From Somniosus microcephalus (Eukaryota): DNA of 64,000 nucleotides. Position 1 is the first letter of the stretch; each line of letters opens with the position of its first letter. Shown in pieces: positions 13,447-26,192 of this stretch. The position numbers were made by a program, and so were the translations under genes. The notes below the pieces were generated by a model. It worked only from the letters and a program-made list of their open reading frames with translations, searched no databases and was not told the DNA's origin. The DNA is taken from NCBI GenBank assembly GCA_052327205.1, contig CM126205.1, positions 19,654,001 to 19,718,000 on the forward strand, read 5' to 3'.

Positions 13447-13970
13447 CACAGCATTGAGCCCTTCAGCAAAAATTCCCTTCAGATTACTTTAGTACATTAC
13501 TACTCCTTCTGGCTGTTATATTTGAATAGTTGGGATCACCCAATGCCATAATTGTGATTCGATCTGTAGAAACCGTTTTCGAATGCCCATTGTTATTTAT
13601 TAGGTATATCTGATTAAAACATTTTTTTTCTGTTGATCAGTCAAGCATAAATTATCTTTTTCATTAATAAGCTAAGGCTACTATTTATATATCAGATCAC
13701 CAGAACTCTCCGAATGCTTCCCAAGTAGTTCTGAAAGTGGAACCCTCCATCAGTACAGCGCTGGACTATCAACTTGCATTACATGTTTTCGGAATAGAGT
13801 GAGAAGCCATCTCACAACTTTCTAACTCGAAGGATGGGCTGCCATCAACATAGCAAAGTTATGATTTCTGTCACTTTTCTCCATTTGATCCATATTTTAA
13901 TTAATTTGTTGACCTGCTTCTCTTCTGTGCTCTAACACATAAAGCCGACATCCTTAAACATCTCACTTAC

Positions 13971-14030
13971 TTGGTATAACATTGAGCCTGGTCCCAGTTC
14001 CAAAGAGCAGTTTAGTACCAGAAAGATCCA
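13971..14030 (-). CDS. TRAJ: J16, family B: DLSGTKLLFGTGTRLNVIP
   Basis: GT donor; RSS CACAGCC-12-ACTAAAACC. Confidence 0.92.
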
Positions 14031-14732
14031 CACAGCCTGATATACTAATACTAAAACCTTCCCCAGCCAGACATTCCCAGACATTACTTCACGTGTTAAT
14101 TCTTAAAGAAGCAACTGTTTTATGAGTTAAGTTTTGGAATGTTTACATTTTCCTTTGAATTTATGATGTGCAAACTGTTAATATCTTCGATACCAAATAA
14201 CGTTTACATAGAATTACATAGAATTGGCAGCACAGAAACAACCCATTCGGCCCAACTGGACTGTGCCTGGGTTTATGCTCCACACAAGCCTCCTCCCTCC
14301 CTACTTTATCGAACCCTCTCTGCATATCCTTCTAATCCTTTCTCCCTCATGTGCTTATCTTAAATGCATCTATGCTATTCCCATAAACTACTCCATGTAG
14401 TAGCGAGTTCCACATTCTAAGCACTCTCTGGGTAAATAACCTTCTCCTGAATTCTTTATTGGATTCATTAGTAACTATATGATACAGATGAGCCCTAGCT
14501 TTGGTCTCCCCAACAAGCGGAAAGATCTTCTATAAGTCTAACGCCTTCATAATGTTGAAGACCTCTATTAAGTCACCCTCCAGCCTTCTCTTTCCTAGAG
14601 AACTGATCCCCAACCTGTTCAGTCTTTGCTGATAGTTACCTTTAATTGTAACGAACTGACGATACTTGTTAACAAAACAATGTTTTGACTGTGATCATCA
14701 CAAAATAAAATACAGAATTAAACTTCTCTTAC

Positions 14733-14792
14733 TTGGCTGCACCATTAGTTTGGTCCCAGATCCAAATATTAGTTTGTAACCTCCAGCAGTCA
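14733..14792 (-). CDS. TRAJ: J17, chimeric C/A: TAGGYKLIFGSGTKLMVQP
   Basis: GT donor; family-A-type RSS CACAGCA-12-GCAAAAACT; orphan signal at 14907-14936. Confidence 0.92.
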
Positions 14793-15214
14793 CACAGCAT
14801 TGCGCCCTTTGGCAAAAACTCCCTTCAGACTAACTTTAATTCATTACTGTTCGCTCTGGCCGTTTTATTTGAATACTTGGTTTGCACATCATAAATTGAG
14901 ATGATGCACAATGCATTACCTGCTAGTACAGAAACCCTTTACCTGATGCCAAGCAGATTGACTATCTACGAAATCAACTGTATGTTATATATATGCATTA
15001 TCAATATTCCAGGTTAAATTATTAACAAATGCCTATTCTTGCATTATTCCCTGAATTATCATATCCATACTCCAAGAAGAAGCTGCATAAATGCGCCAAT
15101 ATTCACCAGTAAGTGAATATTTTGAGAAATGATTTGATACATTGTTAGCAGTTCAGGGAAACCGCACATATATGTAAGTAAATTGACAGTCTATATTTAT
15201 TAATGAATACCTAC

Positions 15215-15277
15215 CTGGCGCCACAGTTAACATTGTCCCTTTTCCAAAGATAAGCTTGCTGCCAATTCCAGCATTCA
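15215..15277 (-). CDS. TRAJ: J18, family A: NAGIGSKLIFGKGTMLTVAP
   Basis: GT donor; RSS CACAGCA-12-ACAAAAACT. Confidence 0.92.
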
Positions 15278-15798
15278 CACAGCATTGCCCCCTTTAACAA
15301 AAACTCCCTTCAGACTAACTTTAGTTCATTGCTGCTCTGTCTGGCGGTTATATTTGATTACTTGATATCACACAATCCCATAATTGTGATACTCTCTGTA
15401 GAAATCGTTTTCAAATGCCCATTGTTATTTTTTAGGCCTGTCTGATTTTATTTTTTTTATTTATATCACCCAAGCAGGACGTACTTTTTTCATTAATACT
15501 CTAAGGCTACCATTTATATATCAGTTCACCAAAACTTCCCAAATGCTTCCCAAGTAGTTCTGAAAGTGGAACCCTCCCTCAGTACTGCGCTGGACTATCA
15601 ACTTGCATTACATGTTTTCGGTATAGAGTGAGGATCCATCTCACAACTTTCTAACTCAAGGATAGGCTGCCAGCAACAGAGCAAAGTTATGATTTCTGAC
15701 ACTTTTCTTCATTTGATCCACATTTTAAATAATTTGTTAACTTTCCTCTCTGTTATGCTCTAACACATAAAACAGACATCCTTAAACATCTCACTTAC

Positions 15799-15858
15799 TT
15801 GGTATAACATTGAGCCTGGTCCCAGACCCAAAGATCAGCTTATCATTACCAAGATTCA
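15799..15858 (-). CDS. TRAJ: J19, family B: NLGNDKLIFGSGTRLNVIP
   Basis: GT donor; RSS CACAGCC-12-GCTAAAACC. Confidence 0.92.
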
Positions 15859-16536
15859 CACAGCCTGATATACTAATGCTAAAACCTTCCCCGGCCAGAC
15901 ATTCCCAGATATTATTTCACTTGTTATTTCTTAAAGAACCATCCGTTTTATGAGTTTTGGAACTTTTATGTTTCCTTTTGAATTTACGATGTGCAAACAG
16001 TTAATATCTTCCATACCAAATAACTTTTACATGGAATTGGCAGCACCGAAACAGGCCATTCAGCTCAACTGGTCTGTGTCCGTGTTTATGCTCCACACAA
16101 GACTCCTCCCTGCCTACTTCATCAAACCTTCTCTGCATATCCGTCTAATCCTTTCTCCCTCATCTGCTTATCTTAAATGCATGTATGCTATTCCCATCAA
16201 CTACTCCATGCAGTAGCGAATTCCACATTCTAACCATTCTCTGGGTGAATAACCTTCTCCTGAATTCTTTATTGGATTGATGAGTAACTATATCATACAG
16301 ATGAGCCCTGTCTCCTCAACAAGTGGAAAGATCTTGCATAAGTCTAACCCCTTCACAATGTTGAAGACCTCTATTAATCACCCTTCAGCCTTGCCTTTCC
16401 GAGAGAACTGATCCCCAGCCTGTTCAGTCTATGCTGATAATTACCTTTAATTGTAACGAACTGACGACACTTATTAACCAAACAATGTTTTGACTGTGAT
16501 CCTCACAATAAAAATATAGGATTAAACTTAACTTAC

Positions 16537-16596
16537 TTGGCTGCACCATTAGTTTGGTCCCAGAACCAAATATTAGCTTGAAACTTCCATCATTCA
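16537..16596 (-). CDS. TRAJ: J20, chimeric C/A: NDGSFKLIFGSGTKLMVQP
   Basis: GT donor; RSS CACAGCA-12-GCAAAAACT. Confidence 0.92.
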
Positions 16597-16956
16597 CACA
16601 GCATTGCGCCCTTTGGCAAAAACTCCCTTCAGACTAACTTTAGTACATTGTTGCTCTGTCTGGCCGTTATGTTTGAATACTTGTTTTGCATATCATAATT
16701 TGAGATTATGCACAATGTATTGCATATCAGTGCAGAAACCCTTAACCTGATGTCAACCATATTGATTATCTATGAAATCAATTGTACTTTATATATATGC
16801 ATTATCAATTATCCAGGTTAAATTATTAACAATCGCCTATTCTTCAATTATTGCATGAATTATCATATCCGTACTCCAGTAAGAAGTGGGCAGTGCAGAG
16901 AACACACTCAGATATGTAAGTAAATAGACAATCTATAGTAATTAATGAATACCTAC

Positions 16957-17019
16957 TTGGCAACACAATTAGCTTTGTCCCTTTTCCAAATATAAGCTTC
17001 GTGTCACCTCCAGCATTCA
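16957..17019 (-). CDS. TRAJ: J21, family A: NAGGDTKLIFGKGTKLIVLP
   Basis: GT donor; RSS CACAGCA-12-GCAAAAACT. Confidence 0.92.
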
Positions 17020-18033
17020 CACAGCATTGCCCCCTTTAGCAAAAACTCCCTTCAGACTAGCTTTAGCGCATTGCTGCTCTTTCTGGTTGTTATATTTGAA
17101 TACTTGGTATCACCCAATCACATAATTTTGATACAATGTGTAGAAACCGTTTTCAAATGGCCATTGTTATTTATTAGGCATCTCTGATTTTTAAAAATAT
17201 ATTCTGTTCATCACTCTAGGATAAGCGTACTTTTTTCATTAATAAGCTAAGGCTACCTTTTATATATTAGTTCACAAGAACTTTCGAATGCTTCCCAAGT
17301 GGTTCTGAAAGTGGAACCCTCCCTCAGTACTGCGCTGGACTATCAACTTGCATTACATGTTTTCGGTATAGAGTGAGGATCCATCTCACAACTTTCTAAC
17401 TCAAGGATGGGTTGCCAGCAACAGAGCAAAGTTATGATTTCTGACACTTCTTTCATTTGATCCACATTTTAATCAATTTGTTGACCTGCTTCTCTTTTGT
17501 GCTTTTACATAGAATTACTTAGAATTGGCAGCACAGAAACAGCCCATTTGGCCCAACTGGTCTGTGCTCGGGTTTATGCTCCACACAAGCCTCCTCCCTC
17601 CCTACTTTATCAAACGCTCTCTGCAGATCCTTCTAATCCTTTCTCCCTCATGTGCTTATCTTAAATGCATCTATGCTATTCCCATCAACTACTCCATGAA
17701 GTAGCAAGTTCCACACTCTAACCACTCTCTGGGTAAGTAACTTTGTTCTGATTTCTTTATTGGATTTATTAGTAACTATATCATACAGATGAGCCCTAGT
17801 TTTGGTCTTCCCCGCAAGTGGAAAGATCGTCTATAGGCCTAACCCCTTCATAATGTTGAAGACCTCTATTAAATCACACTTCAGCCTTGTCTTTCCGAGA
17901 GAACTGATCTCCAGCCCGTTCAGTTTTTGCTGATATTTACCTTTAATTGTAACGAACTGACGATACTTATTAACAAAACAATGTTTTGACTGTGATCATC
18001 ATAACAAAAAATACAGAATTAAACTTCTCTTAC

Positions 18034-18090
18034 TTGGCTGCACCATTAGTTTGGTCCCAGATCCAAATGTTAGTTTTTTGAGATTATTCA
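18034..18090 (-). CDS. TRAJ: J22, family C (native): NNLKKLTFGSGTKLMVQP
   Basis: GT donor; RSS CACAGCA-12-GCATAAACC. Confidence 0.92.
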
Positions 18091-18412
18091 CACAGCATTA
18101 CATACCAGTGCATAAACCCTTTTACCTGATACCAAGCATATTGACTATCTATGAAATGCACGGCATGTTATATTTAAGCATTTTCAATATTCTAGGTTAA
18201 TTATTAACAAGTGCCTATTCTTGCATTAATCCAGCATCACTCATGATACCTGAATTATCATATACATACTGCAATAATAAGCGGCATAAATGTTCCAATA
18301 TTCAGGATGAACTGAACATTTAGAGAAATGATTTGATACATTTTCAGCAGTGCAGAGAACACACACATATATGTAAGTAAATAGACAATCTATAGTTTTA
18401 ATGAATACCTAC

Positions 18413-18475
18413 TTGGCTCCACAGCTAACTTTGTCCCTTTTCCAAAGATAAGCTTGTTGACAACTCCATCATTCA
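18413..18475 (-). CDS. TRAJ: J23, family A: NDGVVNKLIFGKGTKLAVEP
   Basis: GT donor; RSS CACAGCA-12-GCATAAACT. Confidence 0.92.
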
Positions 18476-18996
18476 CACAGCATTGCACCTTTTAGCATAA
18501 ACTCCCTTCAGACTAACTTTAGTTCATTGCTGCTCTGTTTGGCGGTTATATTTGATTCTTGGTGTCACCCAATGCCATAATTGTGATACTATCTGTAGAA
18601 ACCGTTTTCAAATGTCCATTGTTATTTATTAGTTATCTCTGATTAGAAATATATTATGTTTATCACTCAAGCAGGCCTTACTTTTTTCATGAAGAAGCTA
18701 AGGCTACCATTTATATATCAGTTCACCAGAACTCCCTGAAGGCTTCCCAAGTAGTTCTGGAAATGTAACCCTCCCTCAGTACTGTGCTGGACTATCAACT
18801 TGCATTACATGTTTTCGGTATAGAGTGAGGATCCATCTCACAACTTTCTAGCTCGAAGGATGGGCTGCCAGCAACAGAGCAAAGTTATGATTTCTGAAAC
18901 GTCTTTCCCTTTGATCCACATTTTAATTAATTTGTTAACTTTCTTCTCTTTTATGCTCTAACACATAAACCAGACATCCTTAAACATCTCACTTAC

Positions 18997-19056
18997 TTGG
19001 TATAACATTGAGCCTGGTTCCAGATCCAAAGATCAGCTTATTATCAGCAATATTCA
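18997..19056 (-). CDS. TRAJ: J24, family B: NIADNKLIFGSGTRLNVIP (nonamer split by an insertion)
   Basis: GT donor; CACAGCC-12-ACTAAACGA; the rest of the nonamer context (ctaaaaccttcccc) is displaced to ~19207. Confidence 0.85.
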
Positions 19057-19081
19057 CACAGCCTGATATACTAATACTAAA

Positions 19082-19206
19082 CGATAGCAAAATACTGCGG
19101 ATGTTGGAAATCCGAAATAACAACAGAAAATGCTGGAAAAACCCAGCAGGTCAGGCAACATCCGTGGAGAGAAATTTGAGTTGACGTTTTGGGTCGAACC
19201 CTTCTT
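19082..19206. mobile_element. Single-arm copy of the element at 1880-2100, inserted into the J24 nonamer
   Basis: agcaaaatactgcggatg..cagcaggtcaggcaacatc similar to 1884-2000; ctaaa present on both sides. Confidence 0.75.
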
Positions 19207-19872
19207 CTAAAACCTTCCCCAGCCAGACATTCCCAGACATTGCATCACTTGTTATTTCTTAAAGAACCATCCGTATTATCAGTTTTGAAACTTTTATCTT
19301 TCCCTTTGAATTTATGATGTGCAAACAGTTAATATCTTCCATACCAAATAAATTTAAATAGAATTGGCAGCACAGAAACAAACCATTCGGCCCAACTGGT
19401 CTGTTCCCGGGTTTATGCTACACACAAGCCTCCTCCCTGCCTACTTTATCTCACCCCCTCTGCATATCCTTCTAATCCTTTCTCCCTCATTTACTTATCT
19501 TAAATGCATCTATGCTATTCCCATCAATCACTCCATGTAGTAGCGAGTTCCACATTCTAAGCACTCTCTGGGTACATAACTTTCTCCTGAATTCTTTATT
19601 GGATTTATTAATGATTATATCCTACAGAGGAGCCCTAGTTTTGGTCTCCCCAACAAGTGTCAAGATCTTCTACAAGTCTAACCCCTTCATAATGTTGAAG
19701 ACCCCTATTAAATCACCCTTCAGCCTTCTCTTTCCCAGAGAACTGATCCCCAGCCTGTTCAGTCTTTGCTGATAATTTCCTTTAATTGTAACGAACTGAC
19801 GATACTTATTAACAAAACAATGTTCTGACTGTGATCATCATAATATAAAATACAGAATTAAACTTCTCTTAC

Positions 19873-19929
19873 TTGGCTGCACCATTAGTTTGGTCCCAGA
19901 TCCAAATGTCAGTTTATTGAGGTTATTCA
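19873..19929 (-). CDS. TRAJ: J25, family C (native): NNLNKLTFGSGTKLMVQP
   Basis: GT donor; RSS CACAGCA-12-GCACAAACC. Confidence 0.92.
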
Positions 19930-20252
19930 CACAGCATTACATACCAGTGCACAAACCCTTTTCCCTGATGCCAAGCATATTGACTATCTATGAAATGAAC
20001 TGTATGTTGTATTTAAGCATTATCAATATTCCAGGTTAATTATTAACAAGTGCCTATTCTTGCATTAATCCAGCATCAGTCATGACACCTGAATTATCAT
20101 ATCCATACTCCAATAATAAACGGCTTAAATGTTCCAATATTCAGGATGAACTGAACATTCAGAGAAATGATTTGATACATTGTAGGCAGTTCAGAGAACA
20201 TACACATATATGTAAGTAAATGGACAGTCTATAGTTATTAATGAAAACCTAC

Positions 20253-20315
20253 TTGGCTCCACAGTTAACTTTGTCCCTTTTCCAAAGATAAGCTTAACTC
20301 CAGCTCCATCATTCA
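20253..20315 (-). CDS. TRAJ: J26, family A: NDGAGVKLIFGKGTKLTVEP
   Basis: GT donor; RSS CACAGCA-12-ACAAAAACT. Confidence 0.93.
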
Positions 20316-21093
20316 CACAGCATTGCGCCCTTTAACAAAAACTCCCTTCAGACTAACTTTAGTACATTGCTGCTCTGTCTGGCGGTTATATTTGAATACT
20401 TGGGATCACTCAATCCCATTACTTTGAAACTATCTGTACAAACCACTTTAAATGACCGTTGAGACTTATTATGCATAAATGACTTTTTAGAATTTTTATT
20501 CTGTTTATAACCCAAGCATGACTTATTTCTTGTGCATTAAGAAGCTAGTCCACCATTTATATATCAGTTTTAATTATAGAGCGGGATCCACTTCACAACT
20601 TTCTAACTCGAAGGATGGGCTAACAATAGCTGAGCAAACCTAGGATTTCTGACACCTCTCTCCCAATGTCAGTCGGCTGGTTCATTAATGAAAGATTAGA
20701 TTGTTCTATTACAGTCATGTGCCTTTATTGGCCTGTAGTTAACGTCAATAGCTGGCAATTAGTTTCAAGATGATTGTAAGCATTGTAGTGTTTAATTGAA
20801 GATTATAATGCTGGCACTAATCCTGCATTATGATATCCATACTCCAATATCATGTTCAATTCAGATAATCATTTTAGGTTAGTAAGGTGCATAACGGCAG
20901 ACAATTGACTGCACTGATCAGAACCATCACTCATGATACCTGAATGATCATACCCATACTCCAATAAGAAATAATAAATGTTTAGGAGTAATTGACCATT
21001 TAGAGAAATGATTTGATACATTGTATGCAGTGCAGAGAACACACCCATATATGTAAGTAACTAGAGAGTCTATAGTTATTAATGAATACCTAC

Positions 21094-21156
21094 TTGGCTC
21101 CACAGTTAACTTTGTCCCTTTTCCAAAGTTAAGCTTGTTGCCAGCTCCAACATTCA
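21094..21156 (-). CDS. TRAJ: J27, family A: NVGAGNKLNFGKGTKLTVEP (weak RSS)
   Basis: GT donor; RSS CACAACA-12-GCAATAACT. Confidence 0.88.
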
Positions 21157-21676
21157 CACAACATTGCGCCCTGTAGCAATAACTCCCTTCAGACTAAGTT
21201 TAGTGCATTGCTGCTCTGTCTGGCGGTTATATTTGATTCCTGGTATCACCCAATGCCATAATTGTGATACTCTGTGGAGAAACCTTTTTCAAATGCCCAT
21301 TGTTATTTATTAGGTATATATATATTTTTTAAACATTCTGAACATCAATCAAGCTTAAGTTACTTTTTTCATTAATAAGCTAAGGCTACCATTTATACAT
21401 CAGTTAACGAGAACTCTCCAAATGCTTCCGAAGTAGTTCTGAAAATGTAACCCTCTCTCAGTCGTGTGCTGGACTATCAACTTGCATTACATGTTTTCGG
21501 TATGGATTGAGGATCCATCTCACAACTTTCTAACACAAGGATGGGCTGCCAGCAACAGAGCAAAGATATGATTTCTGACACTTTTCTCCATTTGATAAAA
21601 TATCAATTAATTTGTTAACTTTCTTCTCTTTTATGCTCTAGCACATAACACAAACATCCTTAAACATCTAACTTAC

Positions 21677-21736
21677 TTGGTATAACATTGAGCCTGGTCC
21701 CAGAGCCAAAGATCAGCTTATTACCAGCAACATTCA
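21677..21736 (-). CDS. TRAJ: J28, family B: NVAGNKLIFGSGTRLNVIP
   Basis: GT donor; RSS CACAGCC-12-ACTAAAACC. Confidence 0.92.
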
Positions 21737-22436
21737 CACAGCCTGATATGCTAATACTAAAACCTTCCTCAGCCAGACATCCCCAGATATTTCATCACTT
21801 GTTATTTCTTAAAGAACCATCGATTTTTGAGTTAAGTTGTGGAATGTTTACATTTCCCTTCAAACTTATGGTGTGCATACAGTTAATATCTTCCATATCA
21901 AATAGCTTTTACATAGAATTACATAGAATTGGCAGCACAGAAATAACCCATTCGGCCCAACTGGTCTGTGCCCGGGTTTATGCTCGACAAAAGCCTCCTC
22001 CCTCCCTACTTTATCAAACCCTCTCTGCATATCCTGCTAATCCTTTCCCCGTCATGTTGTTATCTTAAATGCATCTATGCTATTCCCATCAACTACTCCA
22101 TGTAGTAGCGAGTTCCACACTCTAAGCACTCGCTGGGTAAATAACTTTCTCCTGAATTCTTTATTGGATTGATTAGTGACTATCTCCTATTGGTGACTCC
22201 TAGTTTTGATCTCCCCAATAAGTGGATAGATCTTCTATAATTCTAACCCCTTCATAAAGTTGAAGACCTCTATTAATTCACCCTTCCGCTTTCTATTTCC
22301 CAGATAACTGATCCCCAGCCTGTTCAGTCTTTGCTGATAGTTACCTTTAATTTTAACGAACTGACGATACTTATTAACAAAACAATGTTTTGACTTTGAT
22401 CATCACAATAAAAATACGGAATTAAACTTCACTTAC

Positions 22437-22496
22437 TTGGCTGCACCATTAGTTTGGTCCCAGATGCAAATGTTAGTTTGTAACCTCCATCATTCA
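22437..22496 (-). CDS. TRAJ: J29, chimeric C/A with FASG variant: NDGGYKLTFASGTKLMVQP
   Basis: GT donor; RSS CACAGCA-12-GCAAAAACT. Confidence 0.88.
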
Positions 22497-22921
22497 CACA
22501 GCATTGCGCCCTTTGGCAAAAACTCCCTTCAGACTAACTTTAGTTCATTACTACTCTTTCTGGCCGTTATGTTTGAATACATGGTTTGCACATCATAAAT
22601 TGAGATGATGCACAATGCATTACCCGCCCGTGCAGAAACCCTTCACCTGATGCCAAGCAGATTGACTATCTACGAAATCAACTGTCCGTTATATATATGC
22701 ATGATGATCAATATTCCAGGTTAAATTAGAAACAAATGCCTATTCTTGCATTATTCCCTGAATGATCATATCCATACTCCAATAAGAAGCTGCAGAAATG
22801 CTCCAATATTCAGGATGAACTGAATATTTAGAGAAATGATTTGATACATTGTGGGCAGTGCAGAGAACACACACACATATATAAGGAAATAGACAGACTA
22901 TAGTTATTAATGAATACCTAC

Positions 22922-22984
22922 TTGGCTCCACAGTTAACTTTGTCCCTTTTCCAAAGGTAAGCTTATAGTTAGCTCCAGCATTCA
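22922..22984 (-). CDS. TRAJ: J30, family A: NAGANYKLTFGKGTKLTVEP
   Basis: GT donor; RSS CACAGCA-12-GCAAAAACT. Confidence 0.93.
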
Positions 22985-23771
22985 CACAGCATTGCGCCCT
23001 TTAGCAAAAACTCCCCTCAGACTAACTTTAGTACATTCCTGCTCTGTCTGACGGTTATATTTGAATACTTGTTATCACTCAATCCCATTATTGTGAAACT
23101 ATCTGGACAAACCATTTTAAATAACCATTGATAATTATTATGCATAAATGACTTTTAAAGTTTTTTATTCTGTTTATAACCCCAGCATGACTTATTTCTT
23201 GTGCATTAAGAAGCTATGTCTACCATTTATATATCAGTTTTAATTATAGAGCGGGATCCACTTCGCAACTTTCTAACTCAAAGAGTGGAGTGACAAAAAC
23301 TGATCAAACCTAGGATTTCTGACACTTCTCTCCCAATGTCAGTCGGTTGGTTCATTAATGAAAGCTTAGGTTGTTCTATTACAGTCATATGTATTTATTG
23401 TCCTGTAGTTAACGTCAATAGCTGGCAATTAGTTTCAAGGTGATTGTAAGCATTAGAGTCTTTAATTAAAGATTATAATGCTGGCAATAATCCTGAATTA
23501 TGATATCCATACTCCAATATCATGTTCAATTCAGATAATCATTTTAGTTTAATAAGGTGCATAATGGCAGACAATTGACTGCACTGATCAGAACCATCAC
23601 TCATGATACCTGAATTATCATATCCTTACTCTAATAATAAATAATAAATGTTCCAATATTTAGGAGTAATTGAACATTTAGAGAAATGATTTGATACATT
23701 GTAGGCAGTTCAGTGAACATACACATACATGTAAGTAAATGGAGAATCTATAGTTATTAATGGATACCTAC

Positions 23772-23834
23772 TTGGCTCCACAGTTAACTTTGTCCCTTTT
23801 CCAAAGATAAGCATTGCACCCTTTAACAAAAACT
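23772..23834 (-). pseudogene. TRAJ: J31, family-A pseudo-J: 5' codons and most of the heptamer deleted (LIFGKGTKLTVEP remains)
   Basis: gataagc is joined directly to attgcaccctttaacaaaaact; AGC microhomology at the join; spacer and nonamer intact. Confidence 0.9.
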
Positions 23835-24333
23835 CCCTTCAGACTATCTTTAGTACATTGCTGCTCTGTCTGGCGGTTTTATTTGAATATTTGCTATCAC
23901 TGAATCCCATTATTGTGAAACTTTCTCTACAAACCATTTTAAATGACCATTGAAAATTATTACGCATATATGACCTTTTAACATTTTTACACTGTTTGTA
24001 ACCCAAACATGAATTATTTCTTGTGCATTAAGAAGCTAAAGCTACCATTTCTATATCAGAACACCAGAACTCGCTGAATGCTTCCCAAGTGGTTCTGAAA
24101 GTGGAACCCTCCCTCAGTGCTGCGCTGGACTATCAACTTGCATTACATGTTTTCGGTATAGAGTGAGGATCCATCTCACAACTTTCTAACTAGAAGGATG
24201 GGCTGACAACAACAGAGCAAAGTTATCAGTTCTGATATCATTTTAATTTGATCTACATTTTAATTAATTTGTTGACCTGCTTCTCTTTTGTGCTCTAACA
24301 CATAAAACAGACATCCTTAAACATCTCACTTAC

Positions 24334-24393
24334 TTGGTATAACATTGAGCCTGGTCCCAGATCCAAAGATAAACTTATTATTACCAGGATTCA
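24334..24393 (-). pseudogene. TRAJ: J32, family B with broken RSS: NPGNNKFIFGSGTRLNVIP
   Basis: Open frame and donor, but the signal reads ttcacaataactaatactaaaacc, about 8 bp shorter than paralogs (at most a 6-bp spacer). Confidence 0.82.
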
Positions 24394-25068
24394 CAATAAC
24401 TAATACTAAAACCTTCCCCAGCCAGACATTCCCAGACATTACATCTCTTGTTATTTCTTAAAGAACCATCCGTTTTTTGAGTTTTGGAACATTTATCTTT
24501 GCCTTTGGATTAATGATGTGCAAGCAGTTAATATCTCCCATACCAAATAACTTTTACATAGAATTACATAGAATTGGCAGCACAGAAACAAACCATTCAG
24601 CCCAACTGGTCTGTGCCCGGGTTTATGCTCCACACAAGCCTCCTCCCTCCCTACTTTATCAAACGCTCTCTCTGAATATCCTTCTAATCCTTTCCCCGTC
24701 ATGTGCTTATCTTAAGTGCATCTATGCTATTCCAATCAACTACTCCATGTAGTAGCGAGTTCCACATTCTAACACTCTCTGGGTGAATAACTTTCTCCTG
24801 AACTCTTTATTGGATTGATTAGTAACTATAGCATACAGATGAGCCCTGTCTCCCCAACAAGGGGAAAGACCTTCTATAAGTCTAACCCCTTTAGAAGACC
24901 TCTATTAATTCACCCTTCAGCCTTCTCTTTCCGAGAGAACTGATCCCCAGCCTGTTCAGTCTTTGCTGATAGTTACCTTTAATTGTAACGAACTGACGGT
25001 ACTTATTAACAAAACAATGTTTTGACTGCGATCATCACAATAAAAATACAGAATTAAACTTCACTTAC

Positions 25069-25128
25069 TTAGCTGCACCATTAGTTTGGTCCCAGAACCA
25101 AATATTAGTTTGTAACCTCCATCATTGA
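25069..25128 (-). CDS. TRAJ: J33, chimeric C/A: NDGGYKLIFGSGTKLMVQL
   Basis: GT donor; RSS CACAGCA-12-GCAAAAACC. Confidence 0.9.
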
Positions 25129-25550
25129 CACAGCATTGCACCCTTTGGCAAAAACCCACTTCAGACTAACTTTAGTTCATTACTGCTCTTTCTGGCCGTT
25201 ATGTTTGAATACTTGGTTTGTACATCATTAATTCAGATTATGCACAATGCATGACCTGCCCGTGCAGAAACCCTTTACCTGATGCCAAGCAGATTCACTG
25301 TCTACGAAATCAACTGTACGTTATATATATGCATTATCAATATTCCAGGTTCAATTAGAAACACATGCCTATTCTTGCATTATTCCCTGAACTATCATAT
25401 CCCTACTCAAATATGACGTGGCATAAATGTTCCAATATTGAGGCATAATTGAATATTTCGAGAAATTATTTTATACATTGTCAGCAGTGCCGAGAATACA
25501 CACATATATGTAAGTAAATAGACAGTCTAGAGTTATTAATGAATACTTAC

Positions 25551-25613
25551 TCGGCTCCACAGTCAACTTTGTGCCATTTCCAAAGGTAAGCTTATTGAAA
25601 CCTCCATCATTCA
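25551..25613 (-). CDS. TRAJ: J34, family A: NDGGFNKLTFGNGTKLTVEP
   Basis: GTAAGT donor; RSS CACAGCA-12-GCAAAAACT. Confidence 0.92.
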
Positions 25614-26132
25614 CACAGCATTGCCCCCTTTAGCAAAAACTCCCTTCAGGCTAACTTTAGTACAGTGCTGCTCTGTCTGGCGGTTATATTTGAATACTTG
25701 GGATCACTCAATGCCATAATTGTGATATTATCTGTAGAAACCGTTTTCAAATGCCCATTGTTATTTATTATGTATCTATGATTTAAAGTATATTATTTTT
25801 ATCACCCAAGCAGAACTTACTTTTTTCATTAATAAGCTAAGGCAACCATTTATATATTAGATCACCAGAACTCGCTGAATACTTCTGAAAGTTCTGAAAG
25901 TGGAACCCTCCCTCAGTAGTGTGCTGAACTATCAACTTGCATTACATGTTTTAGGTATAGAGTGAGGATCCATCTCACAACTTTCGAACTCAAGGATGGG
26001 CTGCCAGCAACAGAGCAAAGTTGTGATTTACGTCACTTTTATCTATTTGATCCAAATTTTCATTAATTTGTTGACCTGCTTCTCTTTTATGCTCTAACAC
26101 ATAAAACAGGCATGTTTAAACATCTCACTTAC

Positions 26133-26192
26133 TTGGTATAACATTGAGCCTGGTCCCAGATCCAAAGATAAGCTTATTATTACCAACATTCA
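26133..26192 (-). CDS. TRAJ: J35, family B: NVGNNKLIFGSGTRLNVIP
   Basis: GT donor; RSS CACAGCC-12-ACTAAAACC. Confidence 0.92.
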
